From Adineta vaga (Eukaryota; Animalia; Rotifera): 64,000 bases of DNA. The DNA lies in assembly GCA_021613535.1 (NCBI GenBank), contig CP075495.1:5952001-6016000 (forward strand), given 5' to 3'. Each line of letters starts with the position of its first letter. The stretch's first letter is position 1. Below are positions 27,490 through 39,175 of this stretch, piece after piece. The position numbers and the translations under genes were made by a program. The notes beneath the pieces were generated by a model, which worked only from the letters and a program-made list of their open reading frames with translations, did no database searches and was not told the origin of the DNA.

Positions 27490-30400
27490 ATGAATATTGT
27501 TAGTCCTGAAAAACGTTATCAGGTATATTTGAGCATATTTTTTCATTTGACTTTATTCGATTGATTTTAGCCAACCTGTGACTTGAGTCCAGATCAAATA
27601 ATTAACCAACTGAATATTTGCTATCGAGTATGCTATAAATATACTCCAAATAAATCAAAGTAATATTCAACAATCTGATCTTTGTATACATTAATACGAA
27701 ACTCTATTTATTATAGTAAAGATGAGCAAGATCTTTGTCAATGTAATCATCCAAAGATGAAGCATAAAGATGAAACAAGTTCATCGAACAAAACTAAATG
27801 GAGTATGGAAAATAATACTAAAAGAAAGCCAAATTCAAAACATGGACCCGTCGTGAACGATGGAAAGGTAAATATAGAAAATGAACAATTTTGTTTTTTT
27901 ACTTAGTTTCATATATATTTCGGATTTAGTATGTTCAACTTGCTTTGGATACACCAGTAGAAATAGTAGAGAGAATTCTTCTTGAAGCGTGGAAAATTCC
28001 GAAACCTAGTTTTATTGTTTCGATTATCGGTGGTGTGGAATATTTTAAATTACATGATCGACTCGAAACGAATTTTATCAATGGAATTATTGATATTGCT
28101 CGGAAATCAAGTATATATCTAATCATACAATTCCACAGTAGTGATATTTATTTGAATGTCAATTTAGATGCATGGTTAATTACGACGGGTTATCGAGTTG
28201 GAATTGCTCAACTAGTTGGTGAAGCAATTAGTAAAGTTAAATATATGTACTTGGAAAATAAACAAATTACTGCTATTGGTTTATCCAAATGGGGTTGTAT
28301 CAGCAATCAAGACCAAGTCTTACGTTCAAAAGCTGATGATTTACAGGAGGTCTGGCCATATTAACCTCGCTAGATGACATAAACAAAACAACGGTTCTTT
28401 TTCTCTATAGAAAATTGAAGCATATATATCAAAACCTACGAGTAGGAAGAAACCAAAAACAGAACGTCTTAGCGGACAATATGATTTAGAAATGAATCAT
28501 AGTCATTATCTGATGTTAGATGATGGTACTATTCGTTCAGATGATACAGGAGATTATCGAACGCGATTAGCAGTCCATCTCGGAAGATTACAACGTAAAA
28601 ATGATGTTTTCAGTATGTATTTACTTTTTATTAAACGAAATATTAAGTACTTAAATAAGAAGTGAATACAGTGATATTTGAATTTCAAGTATAAACAATT
28701 CACAGTTATATCGTAAAGGAATACATAAAGAAAGAAAGTCATAAATAGTAAGTAAACACATCTATCGATAAAGAATATCAAAGGTTTCTTGGCAACAGAA
28801 TTCTCAAGATCGATAGATAGATTTAATTGTGAATGTATTTATTTAAATTTAGTACCAGTTGTCACATTAGTCGTCGAAGGAGGAAAAGATACTATAACAA
28901 ATATATATTATGATTTGAAATCCAATATCCCCGTTGTAATTGTTGATGTAAGACACTAGACGAATATGGAATTCTTTTTTTTAATAAGAAGCCATATATT
29001 AATACAATTAGGGTAGTGGAAGAGCGAATTTCTTGCACCAGTGGCTATTGAATACAAAAGAGCTTGATAATGATGCGGAAAATCGAACAAAAATTTATGA
29101 AATTAATGAATTAGAGGTGAAATATGAAGAAAATCATTCAAATCATGACTCTAATGCAGAATCAAGGTAGTTTTTATATGCTTTTCGTTGAACTCAATGA
29201 TATATTTATTATATAGTATTCGAAACTCTCAAGTTATTCATCTTTCTGGTTGTGAAAAGTTAGTTTTGAACATCGTATTCATTTCTTTGCTATTCGAACT
29301 TCTTCTAGACTTCTACAAATATTTAAAAACTATCGAGAACGATTAAAAAACGATTTGAAAAATGTTCTAATTTCAACTAAAGGTTCATCCAGCAGAGATA
29401 ATGAGGAATTCGAAACTTTAGTTAAACAGGTTATGTATTGTTTACAACCAGCTGTACGTTCGGATATTACAATATTCGATTTCAACTCTGATGGAAATTT
29501 ATCGGAAGCGATTTTTCGAAGTGTCTGTCGATGTAAGTTGAGATATAATTGATATTTGTTTCATCAAGTTATACTAAATATGAATTTATTTTAGCACGTC
29601 AAAAATTATCGAAAACAAAACGTATCGAATCGGGCGATTTATTTTCACACAGGCAACACCATAAATCTCATGATTCCATTTATCAAAAAGAACAAAATGC
29701 TGAACGATCACAGTTACTTGATGTAGCAATGGATTGGAATTGTATCGATGCAGCAAAAGAATGGATTTTCCGTGGAGCATTAGATAACATTTTGGTAATA
29801 CTACTGGTTTCATAATATAATATATATATACATTTCCTTTAGGATAAGCATCAAGCGTTTATCAATGCTTTACAAAAGAATTTACCATCATTTGTTTATG
29901 AATTTCTCAACTTAGGAATTGACCCAAGTGAAACATTTTTCGAAAAGAAAACACTTTCACAAGATAATCAATATAGAAAATTCCTTCGAACGTTATATAC
30001 ATCCAGAGAAGTGGTATGAAATCGATTCGACATTGACTACTTGTCGCAATAAACTTTTGTTTTTAGAATAGTGAAAAACGACATTTAAAATATTTCATTG
30101 ATGAAGATAGTGCAGTTAAAGGAAGAAAAATTGAATCTGTTGAAAAATTAAATATGATTCTTTCGACTCTCATTGATCATAAAATGCATAACCTATATTT
30201 CAATACATTGAACGAAGAAGCTCAATACCGAGAAAGATGGGGTTTATCAAAAATACCTAACAACAAATATCCGAACGAAAATGGTGATAGTGAACGTAAA
30301 AATTTATTCAAAGAAGAAAATAAAATTGATCACAAGGAAAGAATTCGAGATTACATTATGCGTGATTTGTTTCTATGGGCAATTCTTATGAATCATATTG

Positions 30401-32988
30401 AATTGGCAAAAGTCTTTTTAGCTCATATGAAATATCGAATATGTCCAGCATTGATCGCGACAAAAATTCTCAAACAATATTATCTAAAGGCAACTTACGG
30501 TGATCTTAAAACTAGTTATGAAACAAGTGCACACTATTTTGAACAATATGCTATCAATTGCTTGGATAAATGTGATAAATATGATCGTGTTAAAGCATGT
30601 GAAATAGTTTTACAACAAAATGAAGTCTATGGATACGTTACTTGCTTACAAGTTAGTTTCGATCGTAGTTCTTCCGAATAAAAATAATTATTATAATATG
30701 TTATTAGATTGCTGCAACTGCAGATGATAAAGATTTCATCGCCACTCCATGTTGTGTTCAAGCTCTCGATAATATTTGGTATGATAAACTATATCCAGAA
30801 CAAATGAAAAACTCTAATATAATATGGTTAATACTCGGATTTGTAACATGTGGTCTGGTGGCACCTGTATGTGTTACATATAGAGAAGGTGAAGAGGTTA
30901 GGATAAAAAACAAAATTATGTTGAGATTCGCATAATTGATTTTGTTAGAGAATAAAAATCGTTTTCGTAATCCATGAAGTTTTATTTTAGAAACCAAAAG
31001 GATTCGATCAAACATGCAGGAAGTAAAATATTCGGCCGTCAAAATAGGATAACGATGAACATATTAAGTTATCTCTTTAGATTAAAATCAAATGGATTGA
31101 ACTATTGCGAACCATTTCTGCTTGAATATCCACACGAATCTGTACCAAAACCAGCACATCGTCGTTATTTACCGAAATTAGCCAAATTTCATGAATCACT
31201 TCCTGTCAAATATAGTTATCATTTGGTTTGTATATGAATACAATTAAAACAGTTACTTCAAAACATACATCTCAATTGTTTTTAGATATCCTACAGTTTA
31301 TTTCTTCTACTTTTTTCCTATGTTCTTCTTTTTAACTTCTCGCCACCTACCGATAAGATTCCGTCAATACATTGGACTGAAATCTTAACTATTCTTCTAA
31401 TTCATTTCATGTTAGTTGAAGAAATTCATTTTGTGAGTATTTCTTTATTGTAAATCAGTCATGGTTTATCAATGAACTAATTTCTAGTTTGTCAATCAAG
31501 ATAGTTTACACTGGTCGGAAAAATTTAAAAACTATTTCAGTAGCTTTCTAAAACAAATGACAATGCTTGGCTTTTTATTTTTCTACATTGGATTAATTGT
31601 TCGATTTACCAACGTTGACTCGGAAGACAAATTTGTTGCAGCACGGTTTGTTTTTTTTTTCTTCCATTTGTATAAAATGACATACATATCTAAGTGTAGA
31701 GTGATTATGGCTATTGATCTGGAAATATGGTGGCTCCGTTCTTTATCATTTATTATTGTACTACCGTTTCTCGGACCTCATCTCGTTGCCATTGAAAAAA
31801 TGGTAACAAATATGTTCTTTTGATGTCTCTAAAATTGTTCTATTTCAATTTCTTACAGCTAAAAGATTTGATATTTTTCATTTGTATTATTGCAATTGTT
31901 ATGGCTGGTTATGGTGTCGCATCTCGTTCTATGACCTACTATCCAATAGTCAACAATTTCACTCAAGAAACAGGCGGCCCTATCGATGCTCGATTCGATG
32001 GTCGAAGTATTTTTCGTAACATTGCTTATCCTGTTTATTATCTCTTGTATGGAGAATTCGGCAATGAACTGAGTAGTCTAGATGGTATGTACACATAATC
32101 TAATAGATTTTTCAATTCTTATTTGTGATTGTATACGATTGAACAGATCATAGTGATGCTGGATGGTCGATTGCAACTCATGTGTTACTTGCTATTCATA
32201 TGATATTTGTGAATATTCTACTAACGAATCTTTTGATTGCTATTTTTAGGTACGAGTATTTGTTTGGAATCATTATATATATATATATATATATGTATGT
32301 AAATGAATATTGAGTATATTTTAGTAAACGATTTGATGAAGTCTATGAAGATACAAAAAAAATTTGGCATTATCAACAATATTGTTTTGTCCGTGATTAT
32401 TTTGTACGTTCACCATTTATACCTCCAATTAGTTTTATACACAATATGTATAATTTATGTCGAATGTTCGTCTTCTTTCTACTACAGCATTTTTCTGAAA
32501 ATAAATCGGGAGATCGTCGCATGAAAGTATTTAGTAAGTGTACAACAACAGTTTCTCAGTTTATTTTCATAAATTTCTTCCAGAAATGATCGCGAAAGAA
32601 AAGGCTCTGATAAAACAATGGCAACAATTCGAAGAATCATCAACATTTGAGTATGCTCACGATGAAGTGAAAATAGCAAAATCTGATTCGAACGGGTAAA
32701 TAAAAAAGAAAGATACTTTACTCTCTAAATATTAAAATGAATTTAGACCATCTAAAGGATCAGATACGTTTAATAAAGAAAACACGAAAGACATCATGAT
32801 CAAAGATAATACTACGAATGAAACATTGCATAATCTTCAACAGACACAAGATGATCTAATCGAATTGCATTGTATAATGGAAGAGGTAAAAACCAGACTC
32901 AATGATATACTAAAAGTAAATATTTGTTTATATAAATTAGATCATAAACTTTATGAGTATTCACTCTATTTAGCAAAAGAAACCATGA
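27490..32988 (+). CDS. TRPM-like cation channel, copy A (SLOG/MHR + 6TM + TRP box; no C-terminal enzyme domain)
   Basis: WKIPKPSFIVSIIGG, AWLITTG, LEMNHSHYLMLDDG, VPVVTLVVEGG, RDLFLWAILMN, LGPHL, pore YLLYGE, NILLTNLLIAIF, TRP box IWHYQQY..SPFIPP. Confidence 0.88.
31854..32240 (+). repeat. 387-bp near-identical duplicated segment (partner 37651-38037)
   Basis: By-eye comparison finds 4 mismatches in 387 bp, spanning an intron. Confidence 0.9.
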
Positions 32989-33487
32989 AACGAAATCATT
33001 CTTCTTGGCTCTCCTCTTCGATTGAAATTATCTTTTTACTAATCTAAACTAACTCCTTTGATGTAGCATTCATCTAATATGATTGACTTAGTTTCCAGAT
33101 ACCATTGTTCGATTTTTTCGAAATTCAAAATAAAAACTAAAATCATGATTTAAAACCAATGACTATATATATATGTATGACCTTCTATGAATATACCTAG
33201 GTGTTTGTTTATCTATAAATCAAATGGTTTCACTGATTTTATATTAAATTTTTTTTTTCGATAAATAAACTTTCTCATTTGCTTAATGAATTATTAGAGA
33301 AATATATAATGTTTATAAAAAATGACTGGAGCGACATTTAATTTCATATATTCATAACTTTCTCATTCATTATTTATAGAAGAAGGAAGACTTATAATGA
33401 ATGGTTCGTATATTATGGTACAATTCTCATACCAGATAAAATAACGAAGTAACTTTATCATAAGTTAACTTTACATAATTCGAATAA

Positions 33488-36400
33488 ATGTTGCCTTCTA
33501 TTTCATCAACTAAATATCGAGTATAAAACAAGTATAAATTAATAACACCAGTCGGATCTTTCAATTATTATAGGTTGCTAAACAATGTTTATCGACAGAA
33601 CATTCAAGTAAACCCGAACTTTACTACCGAGTTTGTACACAATTCTCTCCAAATAGGTTTTCTTTAATTTTTATTCTTATTCTTGAGTTCATTTGAATTT
33701 TCGGTTTTTCTCTTAGTGAAAATAAAGATGTCTGTGTATGCAATCAACCAGAACAATTCCATACAGAAAGAGAAAACGAATGGAAAAAATGGAGCATGCA
33801 AACTCATACTAAAAAGAAAAGATTTGACCATTCTGGTCGATTTTTGAACATTGATGCTTCCGTATAAAACTATTCATTGAATTATTCAATTTATTAACAA
33901 CTTTTAAAATAAATTTTTAGTTTGTTCGAATTGCACCAGATACGAAAATGAATGAAATTGAAAAACTTCTTCTGAAAACATGGAAAATTGCAAGACCTAA
34001 ACTAATTATTTCTATTATCGGTAGCACGAAATATTCTGATTTAACAGATCGATTGGAATCAGATTTAATTAATGGGATTGTTGATATTGCAACAAAACCA
34101 GGTATGATTCGAATTATCTACAAAAAAAACATATTTGAACTCTTTTTTCAAATAGATGTGTGGATGATTACAAATGGATATAATATGGATATTGTACGAC
34201 TTGTAGGACAAGCAATTAAGAAAAATAAATTAAAACAATCAAAACAGGAAATGATTGCGATTGGCATATGTAAATGGGGATGTATTAAAAATGTAGAATA
34301 TTTAACAGATTTCAAAGAAGAAGAAGAAGAAGAAACACAGAAGGTAGAATGTATATGTATCATAGATGTGATTCTGTACAGATGGATGCTTTATTAGCAG
34401 ATAAGAAGACATAGACTTAGTAATTTCGACAAAGATGAAGGAGAAAAATACTGCAAAGGTGGTCAATACGAACTTGAAATGAATCATAGTCATTATTTAA
34501 TGTTAGACGATGGACGATATGGATATACGGATACGGAAGATTTTCGAACGCAATTATGTTGTCGAATGGTAAATCTCGATGATAATGATAAATCATACGG
34601 TAGATTAACAATAAATTAGATTCTTTACTTCTGTTGTTTTATTTCTAGTACCGGTTGTTACGCTCGTCGTAGGAGGAGATCTCAATACTATAGAAAACAT
34701 TTATTATGATTTAAGTAACAATATACCTGTTATTATTACTATCGTAAGATCGTATAAAAGTCAATCAATTTTAATTCTGATTAATTTAACAAAAACGATA
34801 GGGCAGTGGACGAATTTCTCAATTTTTCACTCGTTGGTTGAAGTATACTAAACGATTTGATGATCTATCGGAAGAACGTAAAATACTATATGAAATTAGT
34901 GAATTGAAGGAAAGCAAAATGAAATCTTCCCATTTACGAGCTCATAATGTTATTATCGATAGAGATAGGTAAGATCAACTTTCTAACAATGTTTTTTTTG
35001 TCTTATTCTTTGAATTATAACAGAACGATTGTTTATACTAATTTATACCTGGATCGTTCAGTAACAAAGTAAATGATGGGTTTTCCATTTCTAAAAATTG
35101 ATTGATATATTTATGTTTTTCTTTTACTAAAGACTTGATGAGTTGTTTAAAGATTATAAGAAACACTTGCAAGATGATTTAAGATATACTCTTTATGGTG
35201 AAGATGATTCGGATACTCGAAACGATACTTGTGAAAATCGACTATTTTCTAAAGCAGTTCAACAAGTTCTATTTTGTCTTCAACCATCTGTTCGTCATAA
35301 TATTACCATATTTAGTATAAATTCAGAATATAATTTTTCTGAAACATTGTTCAGAAGTATCTGTACATGTAAGTAAATAACAGTAAAATATCTGTATTTA
35401 TTTTCACTAAGTTTTTTGTAGCTTATGAAACATTTACAACAATTAAAGAAAAACGACTTGAAGAAATCACTTCGCTTCGTCAAATTGCTGATAGAGAAAA
35501 TCAAAATGATGGAAAATTAAAATTACTTGAATTAGCAATGGATTGGAATTGTATTGAAGTAGCCAAAGAATTTGTTTTACAAAATTCTCTACATAACATA
35601 TCGGTATCAGTTATCTACATTGTCAATTTCTATGTTCATATATTTTGTATGTTTAGAATCAAGAAGAAACATTTATTAAAGCTCTTACAAATAATCTACC
35701 TTATTTTATCTATGAATTTATTAAACTAGGTATTGATCCAGGAGAAATCTTCTTTCCAGGAGATACATTTAGTCGATCATCTGAACGATATGATAAATTC
35801 ATAAAAGTTTTATACAATAAACAAATTACGGTAAGTGATAAATATGAAAAATATTGTAAGTTGTTTATTTTTATTTTGGTAGAAAAATGCTGAATCACGC
35901 CTTCAGTCTTTTATTGACGACAATGGGAAGTTAGCTAACAAAGCAATCGATTCTACCGATGCACTCAATGTTATTCTTCGTGTTCTTATTGGTGATTATA
36001 TGCATGAACTGTATTTCGATGGATATCAAGGAGAATATTTGAAACGAATAGAATCTGGCTTAAAGAAACCGATCAAACCTAAAATTGATGATGAATCGAT
36101 AACTTTTCCATTTCCATCAAATGAAATGGCCAAAGAACTTGCACAAGATTACATTATGCGTGATTTATTTCTATGGACTATACTTATGAATTACATTGAA
36201 ATGGCAAAAGTCTTTTTATCTCATATGAAATATCGAGTATGTCCAGCATTAATCGCGACAAAAATTCTCAAACAATATTATCACTATGAAACTCATGAAG
36301 ATATTCGAATTATTTATAAAAATAATGCAAATTATTTCGAAAAATATGCTATTAATTGTTTACGTGAATGTGTTGAGCATAATGCAGAACGAACATGTAA

Positions 36401-38703
36401 AATTATTTTACAACAAAATGAACTCTATGGATATGTCACTTGTTTACAAGTAGGTTTCGATCGTATGTTTTTTTTAACGAATAGCTGCTTAATATGCATG
36501 TAGGTTGCGGCTGACGCAGAAGATAAATTATTTATTGCTTCTCCATGCTCTGTTCAAGCAATGAACAATATTTGGTATGATCAACTCTATCCTGAACAAA
36601 CAAGAAAACGTGATATCATAGCATTGAGTGTCGGATTTGCGACTTTTGGTCTAACAGCACCTGCATCCGTTTCATATAGAGAAATAGCTGGAGTAAGATT
36701 AGTTTTCGATATTGAAAATAGTATGAAACAAATGAAAAATTTTGATTATAGGGTCGTGATGGTGAATCTTTGAAGCAAATGTATGTCTATGAAGTGCACC
36801 ATAAGAAATAATACGTTTGTTTTGTTAATTTAGTTTACGATCAAATGGCATTACTTATTGTGATTCATATCCACTTCAACATCCGCCCATTTCTGATTCA
36901 GCTTCTGCATTAAATCGTTATCTCCATCGATGGAAAAATTTTCATCTATCATTAATGATGAAATTTTGTCATCATTTTGTATGTATAATTAGAATAGGGA
37001 AACATGTCATAAGATGAACAATAAACTGTTTTTGTTTTAGATATTCTATTGCTTATTTCTTCTATTTTTTTCCTACTTTCTTCTATTCAATTTTTCACCA
37101 CCAACGAATACAGTTCCATCAATTCACTGGACAGAAATTATTACAATTATTTTTGTTACTGGAATGTTAATTGAAGAAATACGTTTTGTGAGTATAGTTT
37201 GAGTTGAATAACGTTTATTTTCATTTTGTATTATGATTATTTCAGTTCTTCATTCAAGCAAATCTTACTTTCATTGGAAAACTCAAAAATTATTTCAGTG
37301 ATCTGTTTAAAATGATGACTTGGCTTGCATTAATACTTTTTTACATCGGATTAATTGTACGATTTACATATGCAGATTCAGAAGAGAAATTTATTGTTGC
37401 AAGGTAAGAAAATAAGTTTGTTTTATTGTCTAAATTTCATTCTACGACACAGTTGATGTAAACAGAATACACAAAAATACTCTTCTTTATTCACAGAGTA
37501 ATCATGGCTTTCGATATTGAATTGTGGTGGTTACGATTCTTGTCCTTCATTATTGTTCTACCATTTCTCGGACCTCATCTTGTTGCTATATCGAAAATGG
37601 TATTCATTCTATTTCCAATATTATTTGAAAATCATTTTATTCTAATTTTTTACAGCTAAAAGATTTGATATTTTTCATTTGTATTATTGCAATTGTTATG
37701 GCTGGTTATGGTGTTGCATCTCGTTCTATGACCTACTATCCAATAGTCAACAATTTCACTCAAGAAACAGGCGGCTCTATCGATGCTCGATTCGATGGTC
37801 GAAGTATTTTTCGTAACATTGCTTATCCTGTTTATTATCTCTTGTATGGAGAATTCGGCAATGAACTGAGTAGTCTAGATGGTATGTACACATAATCTAA
37901 TTGATTTTTTAATTCTTATTTGTGATTGTATACGATTGAACAGATCATAGTGATGCTGGATGGTCGATTGCAACTCATGTGTTACTTGCTATTCATATGA
38001 TATTTGTGAATATTCTACTAACGAATCTTTTGATTGCAATGTTCAGGTAAGATTACCTTTATTTGCGATTATAATATATGGATGCTAAGTGTATTGTAGT
38101 AAACGATTTGATGAAGTTTATGAAGATACGAAAAATATCTGGCATTCTCAGCAGTATTTGTTTACGCGTGATTATTTTTTACGTTCACCATTTTTTCCTC
38201 CAATAAATCTTGTGCAAGATTTATTTTCTCTACTTAAAATGGTCTGTATCTTTTTGATAAAACTTAAAATTGATCGCGAGCCTTCAAAACTAAAACGAAA
38301 AGTGTTCAGTAAGTGTGCATGGATTAGTGTTTATTAATTTCGACGATTTTGTTTTTGCTAGAAATAATTCCCAAACATGAACCACTTATGCGAAAATGGC
38401 GTGATTTTGAAGCTGCATCAACATATAAATATGCTCATGATGAAGTAAAAGCATCCAAAGTATCGGCAGCAAAGTAAGTCTATAAAAAAATACAGAATAT
38501 TTCGAGGAAGAATATTATTTAGATTGTACAATGGACTAGATTCAAATGAAGTCAAAACGGGAGAAGACATAATTAACAAGGATGATAATTCCAATCATAT
38601 GGCGAATAGCGTAAAACAAGTTCAAGATTGTTTGTTAGAGTTGAATCCATTATCTCAAGAAATAGTTGGGCTACTCGAAAACTATACAACCAATAGAACA
38701 TGA
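33488..38703 (+). CDS. TRPM-like cation channel, tandem copy B
   Basis: Same motif order and largely shared intron positions with copy A: WKIARPKLIISIIG, LEMNHSHYLMLDDG, RDLFLWTILMN, YLLYGE, IWHSQQY..SPFFPP. TGA at 38701-38703. Confidence 0.88.
37651..38037 (+). repeat. 387-bp near-identical duplicated segment (partner 31854-32240)
   Basis: Same comparison as the partner segment. Confidence 0.9.
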
Positions 38704-38828
38704 CACATCAATATTTTATATCAATCAACACTGACAAATGAAATATTTTAGTATTGATTAGAATTGTTTTTTTTGCTTAGCTAGATTTTGATAGTCATCT
38801 GTCAATTTTTAATTTTACTAACGGTATT

Positions 38829-39052
38829 GTTGCACAATCGACATGAATATATCAATGACGTTATTTAATGTTTGCTATACTGAATCCTTGAATAGATCGA
38901 ACACTATTATATTGAGTACATAACACGATCTTATCAAGCACTTGATTTGTTATTGCGAAATGACATTCTCAATGTAATTTCGTAATTTCTCACCGACGCA
39001 AAAGAACGGTCTTTCGCAATTACCTCTATACGATACATTCAAGTATAAAAAG
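38829..39052 (+). promoter_or_regulatory. Putative promoter of the eEF2 paralog: C/EBP-like bZIP motif cluster + TATA box
   Basis: GTTGCACAAT 38829, ATGACGTTAT 38855, ATTGCGAAAT 38952, ATTTCGTAAT 38977, CTTTCGCAAT 39011, TATAAAAAG 39044. Confidence 0.5.
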
Positions 39053-39175
39053 CGTACGAGAATTGTTGTATCTCCATTCTTTCACATTCTATGCTAATAC
39101 AAAGGTAGTATTTCATTCTATCAATCAAGCAAATTCTTTGATTTTTTATCAAATCTTACGCGTTCACCGTTCATT

